Part shown: one piece after another, positions 29,784 through 38,938 of the stretch
How positions within the stretch are numbered: position 1 is the first letter of the stretch
Layout of the letters: every line of letters begins with the position of its first letter
Virus record (IMG/VR): IMGVR_UViG_3300037466_002980
Coordinates: 234,811-298,810 of that record
DNA length: 64,000 nt
Reading direction: 5' to 3' (one strand)
Source of the DNA: a virus
Lineage: Duplodnaviria; Heunggongvirae; Uroviricota; Caudoviricetes
Position numbers and translations under genes: made by a program
Notes under the pieces: generated by a model
The model's input: the letters and a program-made list of their open reading frames with translations, nothing else
Told to the model about the DNA's origin: nothing
The model's database searches: none

Positions 29784-30503
29784 ATGGACAAGGGTATTCG
29801 CCCGGCGATGAACGCCAAATTCCTGGAACTGCTCCCGAAACGAGCATCCGGGGAACTCACCAACACGAAGTTCCGTGCAGAAGTCATGGGCTTCGGGCAG
29901 AAGGAATACGGCATTTCGGTGGCCAGCGCGGCAACGCACTACAACCATGCTTTCAAGGAAGCACGGAAGGCGGCAGCCGCAGGTGACGAAACGCTGCAGA
30001 AGCAACTGGAAGGCCTGGGCCGTCCGGAAGACAAGAAAGGCGGGCGCAAGAAGAAGGCCGCTGCTCCTGCGACTCCGAATGCTGCAACGACCATCCAGGC
30101 AAATCCGGCTGCTGCATCCGGCACCGACACGGCGGCCAACGATGCGCAGGGTGCGGTGACCACCACTGCAGAAGCCGGCGGCGAAACTGCTGCGGGCACT
30201 GCGCAGGAAGGCCAGACCATCAACACCGAAGAAGTCGGCAAGGTGGATGTGGTGCTTGGCGATCAACCCGAGCAAGCAGCGAACGAAACGGTGGCAACCG
30301 ACGTGGTCCAGGAAGTCAGCATCGACGAACAGTCGGTGTGGGCCGTGAAGAAGCCGGGACCGATGGGCATCGGGGAAGGCAAGATCATCGCAGAAAAGCT
30401 CACGAAAGCTGCTGCGCTCGAACTGATCGACCGCGCCGCCAAGAGCAAGAAGGGCAAGCTGGAACTGGTGGCCCCGAAGCAGGAACCTGCTGAAGCTGCC
30501 TAA
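29784..30503 (+). CDS. 'DKGIR/EDKKGGRK' family protein copy 2
   Basis: MDKGIR...SAATHYNHAF...EGLGRPEDKKGGRKKK, Ala/Thr-rich linker; GC-rich codons. Confidence 0.85.
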   Translation: MDKGIRPAMNAKFLELLPKRASGELTNTKFRAEVMGFGQKEYGISVASAATHYNHAFKEARKAAAAGDETLQKQLEGLGRPEDKKGGRKKKAAAPATPNAATTIQANPAAASGTDTAANDAQGAVTTTAEAGGETAAGTAQEGQTINTEEVGKVDVVLGDQPEQAANETVATDVVQEVSIDEQSVWAVKKPGPMGIGEGKIIAEKLTKAAALELIDRAAKSKKGKLELVAPKQEPAEAA

Positions 30504-30525
30504 TCCGGGGCATTCACAAGGAAGT

Positions 30526-30547
30526 GGGGCCAAGTGCCCCTTTTCTT
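30526..30547 (+). terminator. rho-independent terminator
   Basis: GGGGC-CAAGT-GCCCC followed by TTTTCTT. Confidence 0.75.
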
Positions 30548-31054
30548 ATGGCCAGATGGTTCTCGGACGATCAGAAGTGGCAGGCCCGAGACAATAGAAT
30601 CCCGTACATACTACAGCTATATTCTCTACTGAATATACATAGCCCTACGACGGTTTTACAGCCCCTACAAGCGTTTTATTTCTAGGGGGTAAGGGTCGAG
30701 CAGCTGGCAGGTATTCTAGGGGCCTCGATCTTCATAAAAGAATAGGTAATACCTTCTCATTAAGGTTACTGCACAGTATTTTATTCCCACGCGAGGAGAA
30801 ACCCTACATTCTCTCGGAATACTCTACGGCACCTCGCCGAGGCCGGGTTTCAACCAAGACCTCGCCCCGAGAACGAATCCCTCAAATACCTTTTCGATGA
30901 AACCCACAATTTCGATTTTCTGTATTCAGTTTTCAAGACTTTCACCTTTCGGATTTCTCAAGTTTCGAGTTTCGGTTATCGTGAATTTCACCTTTCACTA
31001 TACCGGATTTCAATCTCGCATTTGATTGTGGCTAAGCCCGAGCCTATTACGAGA

Positions 31055-31294
31055 TCACTTGAGTTTGGATTTGACTAGGACTTCTCTGATACAAGTTGGG
31101 CACGTGACGATTTTCTCTTTATACATAGCCCATCCGGCCGCTTCCGGAATCTTCCCACAGAAAGCAGCCACGTTTGAATACTCGTTCTTCTGCAGATGCT
31201 CCATATCGGGCACTGCATGAACAACTAATCCGCGTGTATTAGGATGGCTACTTCCCAATGTAGCGGAAACCCATTCAACGTTGCTCTCAGACAT
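31055..31294 (-). CDS. hypothetical protein (Cys/His motif)
   Basis: VVHAV...AFCG...VTCPTC. Confidence 0.65.
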   Translation of the reverse strand: MSESNVEWVSATLGSSHPNTRGLVVHAVPDMEHLQKNEYSNVAAFCGKIPEAAGWAMYKEKIVTCPTCIREVLVKSKLK

Positions 31295-31558
31295 TCGAGA
31301 TTTACAGAAAGTTGCATTACTAATGGTTATTAGGGTGTTCTACCCACCATATCCAGTATTATTACACAGATTATCGAAAATGTCAATACTTAATACGTTT
31401 GTTTACATTTTTAATCTCAACTTGAAATCCTGCCTATAGACAGGAATCCTAGACCAAAACCTAACCTAAAATCCAAATCTAGAATTTTGATTTAAGATTC
31501 CTATTTAAAATTCCTATATAGAATTATGAATCAAGGTCAGAAAATTTAGCACAATGAT

Positions 31559-31756
31559 TTAGAAAGGTAAGCCAAGCCACAGATGAAGTGCTCCGTATAA
31601 AGCGAAACATATACATGGTAAAGCATATAGCAAGAATACTATAGTAGTCTTCTTGAATGACCATTTATTCTTATGTGAATACTTTCCTTGTATCTTTGAA
31701 AGAACAATCATAACAAGAAGACAAACGATATAAATTACAAATCCAATCATATACAC
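31559..31756 (-). CDS. small membrane protein
   Basis: Two TM segments. Confidence 0.7.
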   Translation of the reverse strand: MYMIGFVIYIVCLLVMIVLSKIQGKYSHKNKWSFKKTTIVFLLYALPCICFALYGALHLWLGLPF

Positions 31757-31759
31757 TCC

Positions 31760-32041
31760 TTATATAGGACCCATATTACAACTATGCGTTAAGCCAAACA
31801 TTATGCCAAGAAAGACAACCGCACTAAGACTGTATCCAGAATATGTTATTATTGAGGTATAGGTGGAACCACCTTCCTTTTCATATATACGATCAAATAT
31901 CCTAGGCTTGAATCCTATCACTATACCAAATTCATCACACGAATACCATATCTTACATCCCACTGGAGAAATCCAATGGTTTTCCCTTTTCTCGTATGTA
32001 TAGTAGAGTTTCTTGTTCTTGAAGTATAGTTTCTTCTTCAT
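31760..32041 (-). CDS. array B protein
   Basis: Motif match. Confidence 0.7.
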   Translation of the reverse strand: MKKKLYFKNKKLYYTYEKRENHWISPVGCKIWYSCDEFGIVIGFKPRIFDRIYEKEGGSTYTSIITYSGYSLSAVVFLGIMFGLTHSCNMGPI

Positions 32042-32331
32042 AGTAGTTCATCATTATAGTAATAGAATTTCCCAACGAATATGCCTAGAAATACATATCC
32101 ACGAACAGTATGAGCTTCATTAGAAGCACCCGATAGATAATCTTTTAATTCAGTTGTATCACTGAAATGTTTGTATAGAAAAGGTAAGAATCCTATAGTA
32201 AGTCCAAATTCAACTAGAGCTACACATATCTTACATTCGGAGAATCTAGAAATCCACCCAGTCCACTTTCTAAATAGAATAACATATAGCTTTCCATCTT
32301 TAAATTGTATTCTAGGGTTTTCTTTTATCAT
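32038..32331 (-). CDS. array B protein
   Basis: Motif match. Confidence 0.7.
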   Translation of the reverse strand: MIKENPRIQFKDGKLYVILFRKWTGWISRFSECKICVALVEFGLTIGFLPFLYKHFSDTTELKDYLSGASNEAHTVRGYVFLGIFVGKFYYYNDELL

Positions 32332-32591
32332 ACAAGTGGTTTGGATCTAAATAGAAAAGTGAATATGATTGATAATCTAAAAATAGTAATTCCAAGATAT
32401 TGAGGAGCATTTATTATTGAAACAGATTTATTAGAATATATAGATGTATCCCAATAAAGTAGAATTGTTTTTAGACGTAAACCATGAGCTACCGTGCAAT
32501 TCTTATCCTTATAAATGAAATATTCATTTTTCCACCAATAGGTAATATATATCCTACTAGGCATTGTATTGATAAATCTCGATGATATCAT
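32328..32591 (-). CDS. array B protein
   Basis: Motif match. Confidence 0.7.
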   Translation of the reverse strand: MISSRFINTMPSRIYITYWWKNEYFIYKDKNCTVAHGLRLKTILLYWDTSIYSNKSVSIINAPQYLGITIFRLSIIFTFLFRSKPLV

Positions 32592-32836
32592 AGTGGTTCA
32601 GCTTTCTCAGCAATAGTTCCAAATGCAAGAACGAAATTAAATAAAAGGAATCCTTTGAGTGAATTGTTTATTACTCCAAACAGTAATCCATGGTGTCTAT
32701 AGAATCCTATTAGAACACTTCTATGGGCAGGTTGATAGTAAATCTTACATTCATCAATGGGATGAATATAATATTCTCCTTTCGTAGACCAAAGAGAAAT
32801 ATAGACTCTTTTATCAATTTTGTAGAGAATCTTCAT
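32588..32836 (-). CDS. array B protein
   Basis: Motif match. Confidence 0.7.
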   Translation of the reverse strand: MKILYKIDKRVYISLWSTKGEYYIHPIDECKIYYQPAHRSVLIGFYRHHGLLFGVINNSLKGFLLFNFVLAFGTIAEKAEPL

Positions 32837-32842
32837 AGTCTT

Positions 32843-33124
32843 CTATTCAACTGGATTCCACGTTGCTATTCTACTAATTCCAATCATTACTCCGAGAATA
32901 ATAATTCCGCGAATATAACATCTACCACGATAGAAACTATAATCTATATTGTAGTATTCATAGCTACTGATTATCTTAGGTTCGAATCCCAATACAAAGG
33001 AATACTTTTCAAAGAACGACCATACTCTGCATTCTTCGTAGTTGTTAATTTCATACCTGCAATATTCGGTTGTATCTATATAGAGTTTACCGTTGTTGGT
33101 GTATGTTTTAGGAAAGAATTTCAT
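32843..33124 (-). CDS. array B protein
   Basis: Motif match. Confidence 0.7.
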   Translation of the reverse strand: MKFFPKTYTNNGKLYIDTTEYCRYEINNYEECRVWSFFEKYSFVLGFEPKIISSYEYYNIDYSFYRGRCYIRGIIILGVMIGISRIATWNPVE

Positions 33125-33127
33125 AGT

Positions 33128-33358
33128 CTAAACTTCCCTTCCCCTAGCTATTTTTCTGAGAGAAATTAGATATCCGAATATAAGAATTGTATCAGTAGAA
33201 TGAAGTTCATAGTCTGTCTTTTCAATTGAAATTGTATATTCTCTTAAATTCTCAAATATCATACAGTCATATTCTTTTCTTATTTTATAGGTTCTTCGCC
33301 AGAAATAGGTGAAATAATGTGTATATCCAAAGCGACGATAGAATCTTGGTTTGATCAT
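33128..33358 (-). CDS. array B protein
   Basis: Motif match. Confidence 0.7.
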   Translation of the reverse strand: MIKPRFYRRFGYTHYFTYFWRRTYKIRKEYDCMIFENLREYTISIEKTDYELHSTDTILIFGYLISLRKIARGREV

Positions 33359-33600
33359 AGTTTGCCAGCGTGCCCACGATAAGTGAATCCAATGTCAAGT
33401 CCGAATACATTGATTCCCTTAAAGGAACCTTGTTTTCTAAGTCTAAGGTTCTTTTTCTTAAATTTATAGACTCCAATTACGAATTGTCTTTTATAAGTGG
33501 TGAACCAAATTTCACAATTTTGATTTGCAGAAATCCAATAGTGCGTTCTCCACCACAGAGTGATGTAGAGTGTTTTGTAACCGAATTCAATTATTTTCAT
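33355..33600 (-). CDS. array B protein
   Basis: Motif match. Confidence 0.7.
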   Translation of the reverse strand: MKIIEFGYKTLYITLWWRTHYWISANQNCEIWFTTYKRQFVIGVYKFKKKNLRLRKQGSFKGINVFGLDIGFTYRGHAGKL

Positions 33601-33842
33601 ATTGGATCGGCAGCGTAGGCGCGAGATATTCTAAAGAATCCAAAGAGTTTTTTTGTTGAATACAATTCTCTTGCACTTGGAGTATCTTCTTTTCTAAAAT
33701 CTCCTATTCTAAGATAGAACCTTTCTTCGACCTTGTAAATTCTACAATAAGATCTACTATTTCCGATATGATGTGAATATCTTTTTAAGAAAAGAATGTA
33801 GAGAGAATTGTATTGAATTATGAAGATGTCTTTGAATTTCAT
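33597..33842 (-). CDS. array B protein
   Basis: Motif match; start MKFKD. Confidence 0.7.
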   Translation of the reverse strand: MKFKDIFIIQYNSLYILFLKRYSHHIGNSRSYCRIYKVEERFYLRIGDFRKEDTPSARELYSTKKLFGFFRISRAYAADPI

Positions 33843-34102
33843 ACTGGATCGGATCTCCAAGACCAAAGCAATCCTACTATGATTCCGAAGAAGGTGAAGG
33901 AAATGACGTCATTTTCTCCATAGGAGATATCTTCTATTCCTTTGAATAGGTCTTTGTCAAATCCAATGAAGAAGGCCTGCTCATCAAGTTCGGTCCAAAC
34001 TGTGAAATCCTTGAATTCGTTGATCCAATACATTCTGCTTCTTTGGAAGGTGAAATAGATCTTCTTTCTATAGAAGTAGATGATTGGGGATTCTTTAATC
34101 AT
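33839..34102 (-). CDS. array B protein
   Basis: Motif match. Confidence 0.7.
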   Translation of the reverse strand: MIKESPIIYFYRKKIYFTFQRSRMYWINEFKDFTVWTELDEQAFFIGFDKDLFKGIEDISYGENDVISFTFFGIIVGLLWSWRSDPV

Positions 34103-34305
34103 CGGATTGAGACTGATTGAACTTTGTTATTTTGGAGGTGAATATCGAGATGATCTTCGAAGATCCAAAACATCTTTGATTTTTGATTAATTCCGTCTAC
34201 GGAGGCAATTCTATATTTGATTCCTTTGAGTTGGCACCAAGTTTCTAATTCTTCTATGGTCATTCCTAGGAATTGAGTTAGATCTTCGTTTTCTAGGTCA
34301 ATCAT
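34099..34305 (-). CDS. small protein, possibly I78/I13 peptidase-inhibitor-like fold
   Basis: FLGMTIEE...GIKYRIASVDG...LDIHLQNNKV pattern. Confidence 0.4.
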   Translation of the reverse strand: MIDLENEDLTQFLGMTIEELETWCQLKGIKYRIASVDGINQKSKMFWIFEDHLDIHLQNNKVQSVSIR

Positions 34306-34499
34306 TGTTGGGGGATTCCTTTTTTAGACCTTCTTGACGTCGAGAGAGATCCATGCGTTTTCTTCGGTTTTAGGTTCGTCCACGAAATGGTAATTATCTA
34401 AACATTCTATCCATTAGTATTCTAAGTAGATACAATACAACGAATATAGCTAGTATTTTCAGTATCATATTTGAATAAGTTTTAAGATTTCCCTGTAAT

Positions 34500-34688
34500 T
34501 CATTTGTTTTTCTTGAAACTATTCACTGTGATATGCCCGATGAACAGCAACAGGAAGCAGGGTAAGAACACGATAGTTTTCCATGGTTTCCAGTGAGTAT
34601 TCGTAGGCGACCTATACACATAGTAACCAGTATATATAGTTCCTAAAATGATGTAAAGTGATAATATAGCCAGGATGGTGAAAAACAT
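34500..34688 (-). CDS. small membrane protein
   Basis: Two TM segments. Confidence 0.65.
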   Translation of the reverse strand: MFFTILAILSLYIILGTIYTGYYVYRSPTNTHWKPWKTIVFLPCFLLLFIGHITVNSFKKNK

Positions 34689-34697
34689 GATTTTCCT

Positions 34698-34832
34698 TTA
34701 ACGATGATAGAGTAAGAAGAAAAGGAGTAGGTCATTGTCATTGTTGTTTTTGGTGGGTTGGTCTTGGTTGGATTGACCTTGTGTGCAACCAAGAGTGAAC
34801 AGTAGCAACAGTAGGATTATTGGCTTATTCAT
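34698..34832 (-). CDS. 44 aa putative lipoprotein (not in ORF track)
   Basis: MNKPIILLLLLFTLGC lipobox-like; start coupled to the last array C gene. Confidence 0.55.
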   Translation of the reverse strand: MNKPIILLLLLFTLGCTQGQSNQDQPTKNNNDNDLLLFFLLYHR

Positions 34833-35160
34833 ATATTTCTTCTGCAAGTTCTAACCAATTGATAAAAAGTTGTTTCCATTCTTTTATGTTTTTTGAGTTT
34901 TTCACTGCATCAATAAAAGAATAACCTGCCATTTCAATATTAGAATTTCTATTACTGATATGTTTCAGATAAGTTCTTTCAGTGCTGTACCAATCTTTAT
35001 CAGAGAATTCTGGCCGCATTGAAGTGTAATCCACCATGAAATTTCTGTAGGCAAATTCATATGCTTCATCGAAGGTGCCGCCAGCATGATAAGTTGGAAA
35101 TTCTCTTAGGTCAATTCCGTATTTTAATTTCCATTTAAGGATACTATATTCTTCATTCAT
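34825..35160 (-). CDS. array C member 18 (KWKLKYG subtype)
   Basis: Motif match. Confidence 0.85.
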   Translation of the reverse strand: MNEEYSILKWKLKYGIDLREFPTYHAGGTFDEAYEFAYRNFMVDYTSMRPEFSDKDWYSTERTYLKHISNRNSNIEMAGYSFIDAVKNSKNIKEWKQLFINWLELAEEIYE

Positions 35161-35443
35161 ATATTTCCTCTGTTATTTTAATCCAATGGTTAAAATGATA
35201 GCGCAGTTCCTTAATGGATAATGCATGTTTATTCTTAAGCCAAATAACTTCTTCATCCAAGTCATCTTCAGTTTCAAACATACATTCGGTATCGTGGTCT
35301 GCACTTTCAACTACTGGAAAGTCGTGGTAATAAAGATCCCACAAGAAGTTGTAGGAAATGAATTTTATATATTCATCTAGAAATGAATTTGATAAGCAAT
35401 CTGGAAATCTTCCATATTTGAGTACAAAATAGGTATTATTCAT
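35153..35443 (-). CDS. array C member 17
   Basis: Motif match. Confidence 0.85.
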   Translation of the reverse strand: MNNTYFVLKYGRFPDCLSNSFLDEYIKFISYNFLWDLYYHDFPVVESADHDTECMFETEDDLDEEVIWLKNKHALSIKELRYHFNHWIKITEEIYE

Positions 35444-35744
35444 ATATGTTTTCTGCGATGTCTAACCAGTAGAAAAATTGATCTTTAATATCTTCGAGGG
35501 ATATCTTAAAGATTTCTTATGAAAGGCCTAGTTCTTCCAGAACAATTTCCCTGTCATTGAATAGATTCTCTGTATCATTATTGGTATATTTAATTGCATA
35601 GCCACCCGGATAGATATCGTCGAAATATATGTAATTCAATTCCCAATAGAGATTATAGATTGTGAAGTTTAGAATTTCACTCTTGGTTTCGTTGATACAG
35701 TCGGGAAAGTCTCCGTATTTTAATTTGAATATTACTTTATTCAT
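35436..35744 (-). pseudogene. array C member 16 with in-frame TAA at 35517-35519
   Basis: Frame continues after the stop as EIFKISLEDIKDQFFYWLDIAENIYE*. Confidence 0.8.
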
Positions 35745-36084
35745 ACATTTCCTTTGCAATGTCTAACCACATATTGAAATGTTCTTCAATTATTTCAATT
35801 GGTGCCTGGAAAATATCATTGCATTCTTTGAGTTCTCCTAGAATACCTTCGCGATGTTCGAAATGTTCATGGGTATCCTCTTCGGTATATTGGATGTGTC
35901 TGGAATTTATTTTATCAGCACGGGTATAATGATAACCATTACGATAATAATCTATTCTTGTGAAATAGAAATAGTTTAAATCCCAATAGAAATTATAGAT
36001 AGCGAAATTTAATATTTCGTTATCTTTCCTTTCTATGCATTCAGGAAAGTTTCCGTATTTGAGTTTGAATATTACCTTATTCAT
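35737..36084 (-). CDS. array C member 15
   Basis: Motif match. Confidence 0.85.
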   Translation of the reverse strand: MNKVIFKLKYGNFPECIERKDNEILNFAIYNFYWDLNYFYFTRIDYYRNGYHYTRADKINSRHIQYTEEDTHEHFEHREGILGELKECNDIFQAPIEIIEEHFNMWLDIAKEMYE

Positions 36085-36388
36085 ATATGCTTTCTGTAAT
36101 GTCAATCCAGGCGAAGAATTCTTCTTTTACTTCTTCAAAATTTTCTGCATAATCATATGGGAGTCCTACTCCAATGCTGGAATTAAGGTATTTAAAAATA
36201 TATTCTTCATTGGATCGATATACGGATTCGAAACCCCACAACACACTTAGGAAATTAGCAATAGTGAATTTAATTTTTTCGTCACATTCATTTCTAAGAA
36301 GATTTCTAATACTAACACCAAAATTATCGTACGTAGAAAAATCTAGATTGTATTTCAATATAAGAATAATTTCGTTCTCTTTATTCAT
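36077..36388 (-). CDS. array C member 14 (LKY.LDF subtype)
   Basis: Motif match. Confidence 0.85.
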   Translation of the reverse strand: MNKENEIILILKYNLDFSTYDNFGVSIRNLLRNECDEKIKFTIANFLSVLWGFESVYRSNEEYIFKYLNSSIGVGLPYDYAENFEEVKEEFFAWIDITESIYE

Positions 36389-36695
36389 ACATTTCTTCTG
36401 CAAACTCTAACCAATATTCAAAATGTTCTTTAACATTTTCTTTAGAAGTTTTGAAGATATCTTCACAGCCACGAATATCTACTAAAATATTATTTCGTGA
36501 CGCCATTCCTTCTTCTGTTTCCTCCGTCGCAAGAGAAAGTCTATATTCGGTAAAAGGATTGCAGTAGTATTGATAATTCAAATCCCACATGAAATTGTAG
36601 ATAGCGAAATTTAGAGTTTCATTTCTAGTTTCTAATAGACATTCAGGATATGTTCCGTATTTTAATCTGAATGCCAATTCGTCCACGTTATTCAT
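36381..36695 (-). CDS. array C member 13
   Basis: Motif match. Confidence 0.85.
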   Translation of the reverse strand: MNNVDELAFRLKYGTYPECLLETRNETLNFAIYNFMWDLNYQYYCNPFTEYRLSLATEETEEGMASRNNILVDIRGCEDIFKTSKENVKEHFEYWLEFAEEMYE

Positions 36696-36993
36696 ATATT
36701 TCCTCTGCTATCTTAACCCATGTGAAGAAATCCTCTTCAACATCCTCTATTGTGGTTTTAGAAACTTTGGCAAAATCTATGAATTCACTTCTGTCGAATC
36801 CTATGGTACAGAAACGCGCGGCATGTGTGTCGGGAGTCTCTGTATCTGATTTTTGTTCATGATATGCATAATCCCAGAGAAAATTATAAATTATGAATTG
36901 CAATTTTTCGTCTGTTCTAATTTTATCTTCGGGGAAAGCTTCTTGCAAACTCTTATATTTCAATTTGAAAATTAATTTTAATTCTTTATCCAT
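36688..36993 (-). CDS. array C member 12
   Basis: Motif match. Confidence 0.85.
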   Translation of the reverse strand: MDKELKLIFKLKYKSLQEAFPEDKIRTDEKLQFIIYNFLWDYAYHEQKSDTETPDTHAARFCTIGFDRSEFIDFAKVSKTTIEDVEEDFFTWVKIAEEIYE

Positions 36994-37285
36994 ACATTTC
37001 CTCTGATATAATAATCCATTTATAGAATAATTGTTCAGCCTTCTTAAGAGAAATATTAGCCTCATCGATAAGATATCTAACTTCTTTTTCTAACATACTC
37101 ACATTATTCATGAAGAATGCTACATCCGGATCAATATATTCTGGTAAATGCTCATAAACGGTATGATGATGAGAAATTATATCCCATAAGAAATTATATA
37201 TAGCGAACTGTAACACTTCATCTTTTCCGTTGACTATGCAATCTGGAAAATTTCCATATTTCAATCTGAAGAAAAGTTTATTCAT
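36986..37285 (-). CDS. array C member 11
   Basis: Motif match. Confidence 0.85.
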   Translation of the reverse strand: MNKLFFRLKYGNFPDCIVNGKDEVLQFAIYNFLWDIISHHHTVYEHLPEYIDPDVAFFMNNVSMLEKEVRYLIDEANISLKKAEQLFYKWIIISEEMYG

Positions 37286-37598
37286 TGTAAATTTTTCCAG
37301 CAATTTCTACCCATCTATAGAAATCTTCTTCCATAATTTCAAACGGTATTCCATGACCTGAAAAAGGTCCGGAAAATATTCCCACTGTATCTTCGAAACT
37401 ATCTGTAGAATATACAACAACTTGACCATCAGAAAGGCTTATTGAATTTTCGGTATCAATATCATTGAATGATGTGTAATATAGAAATAACATATCCCAT
37501 GTGAAATTATAGGAAATGAAGTTTAATTCCTCATTTTCTGCATTCTTAGTCACGTATGGAAACTTTCCATATTTCAAATTAAAAAGAAATTTATGCAT
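37278..37598 (-). CDS. array C member 10
   Basis: Motif match. Confidence 0.85.
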   Translation of the reverse strand: MHKFLFNLKYGKFPYVTKNAENEELNFISYNFTWDMLFLYYTSFNDIDTENSISLSDGQVVVYSTDSFEDTVGIFSGPFSGHGIPFEIMEEDFYRWVEIAGKIYNE

Positions 37599-37953
37599 GG
37601 ATTTCTTCTGATATCAATAACCATTGTATGAATAGCTGTTTCCAATATTCTATTTTATCCTCATTATAATCATCTGGACGGATCATGTGATGATTCTTAT
37701 CAGCCGACATCCTATTGTTAGAGTGAATTTCCCATGCACGACCAGATCTATACCACTCGTTTTCATAAGAATACGTAGGAAGTTTAAGTGTATTCAGCGT
37801 TGATAGAAATGAACGATAATCTATCATGAAATTTCTATAAGCAAATTCATATATGTCATCTACACTTCCACCACCGTTATAGATTGGGAATGTATTGAAA
37901 TCAAGACCGTATTTCAATTTCCATTTAAGAAATTCTTGTCCCTTATTATTCAT
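37591..37953 (-). CDS. array C member 9 (KWKLKYG subtype)
   Basis: Motif match; closest to member 18. Confidence 0.85.
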   Translation of the reverse strand: MNNKGQEFLKWKLKYGLDFNTFPIYNGGGSVDDIYEFAYRNFMIDYRSFLSTLNTLKLPTYSYENEWYRSGRAWEIHSNNRMSADKNHHMIRPDDYNEDKIEYWKQLFIQWLLISEEIHA

Positions 37954-38266
37954 TGTATATCGTCTCGGTTATTCTAACCCATTCATAAAATATCTTTCTA
38001 AGATTTTCAGTGTTATCGGCGTGATGCGCCCATGAAAGTTCAACAATCAAGCCTTGTTTAATGCGACTGAAAATAAATGCTTCATTACTTCTAGTATGTC
38101 CTTCAAACCACCATGTTTCGGTTAGAAAATTAGCAAGTAAGAATTTCTTCTTTTCATCAAAATCCTCACTGTGGACAATATCTCCAATACTTTCATTTAT
38201 TGTTCTATAGGATGAGAAATTCATATCATATTTCAACATGAATATTAATTCGTCCATTTTATTCAT
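37946..38266 (-). CDS. array C member 8
   Basis: Motif match; closest to member 14. Confidence 0.85.
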   Translation of the reverse strand: MNKMDELIFMLKYDMNFSSYRTINESIGDIVHSEDFDEKKKFLLANFLTETWWFEGHTRSNEAFIFSRIKQGLIVELSWAHHADNTENLRKIFYEWVRITETIYNE

Positions 38267-38604
38267 AGCATTTCTTCTGTAATACTAATCCAATAGTTTA
38301 AATATTCTTCACAATCCTTAATCGGTAAATTAAGTCTTTCCTTGATTACATTCATATTGCGTTCAGCGGAATGTGCAGGATCCTTCGAATCCACGATATA
38401 TTCAATTGCCCTAGATGCTAATGTAACAGACTGAAAACTTAAGGCAGAAAATGTATCAAGATGAGTATTTTCAATTTTTGAATAATAAAGCCGTAACATA
38501 TCCCACATGAAATTGTACAGAATGAAATTCCAATGTTCGTCCTCATTGAAATGAAGACAACTTGGAAAATTTCCATATTTTAATTTATAGAATAGTTTAT
38601 TCAT
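38263..38604 (-). CDS. array C member 7
   Basis: Motif match. Confidence 0.85.
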   Translation of the reverse strand: MNKLFYKLKYGNFPSCLHFNEDEHWNFILYNFMWDMLRLYYSKIENTHLDTFSALSFQSVTLASRAIEYIVDSKDPAHSAERNMNVIKERLNLPIKDCEEYLNYWISITEEML

Positions 38605-38938
38605 ATATTTCTTTTGCTATATCTAACCATTCAAAAAAACATTCTTCTGCATCTTCCTTTGTGTAGATCTTTTCTTTAATATTGTGTATCATATCTTCAT
38701 AGAAATCGTCATTGGTTATATTTTCTAATATTGTTAAGGTCGAAGATTCGTTAGCTATTACCACTCCACCGTTCCAGGTGCTGCCAACCAACTGCAAATA
38801 TTGAATTAATTGAATTTCCCAATCAAAATTTAGAAAAGCAAACTTCAATAAATCATCCTCGTGATATTTCATTATTCGCAAGCATTCTGGAAAGGATCCA
38901 TATTTTAATATGAATGCTAGTTTATCTTGTTTATTCAT
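38597..38938 (-). CDS. array C member 6
   Basis: Motif match. Confidence 0.85.
   Translation of the reverse strand: MNKQDKLAFILKYGSFPECLRIMKYHEDDLLKFAFLNFDWEIQLIQYLQLVGSTWNGGVVIANESSTLTILENITNDDFYEDMIHNIKEKIYTKEDAEECFFEWLDIAKEIYE

Larger units (their letters stand above)
31760..34102 (-). repeat. paralog array B: 9 aromatic, beta-rich 76-97 aa ORFs
   Basis: Shared LY.T.W...Y.I.....C.IW......IGF and C-terminal G..IFG..IG pattern. Confidence 0.75.

Noticed and set aside
13197-30457. Many long overlapping or antisense ORFs (e.g. 22293-23357, 29661-30533, 26686-27324, 15750-16322)
   Set aside because: Shadow ORFs expected in GC-richer sequence; they lack SD and promoter support and oppose well-supported genes
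30550-31050. Replication origin in the CCCTAC-rich spacer
   Set aside because: Repeats are short and irregular; there is no support without skew analysis, so it is only noted under the non-coding spacer finding
35517-35519. Stop-codon reassignment (alternative genetic code)
   Set aside because: A single event at TAA; other genes are intact in code 11 and end in TAA, TAG or TGA
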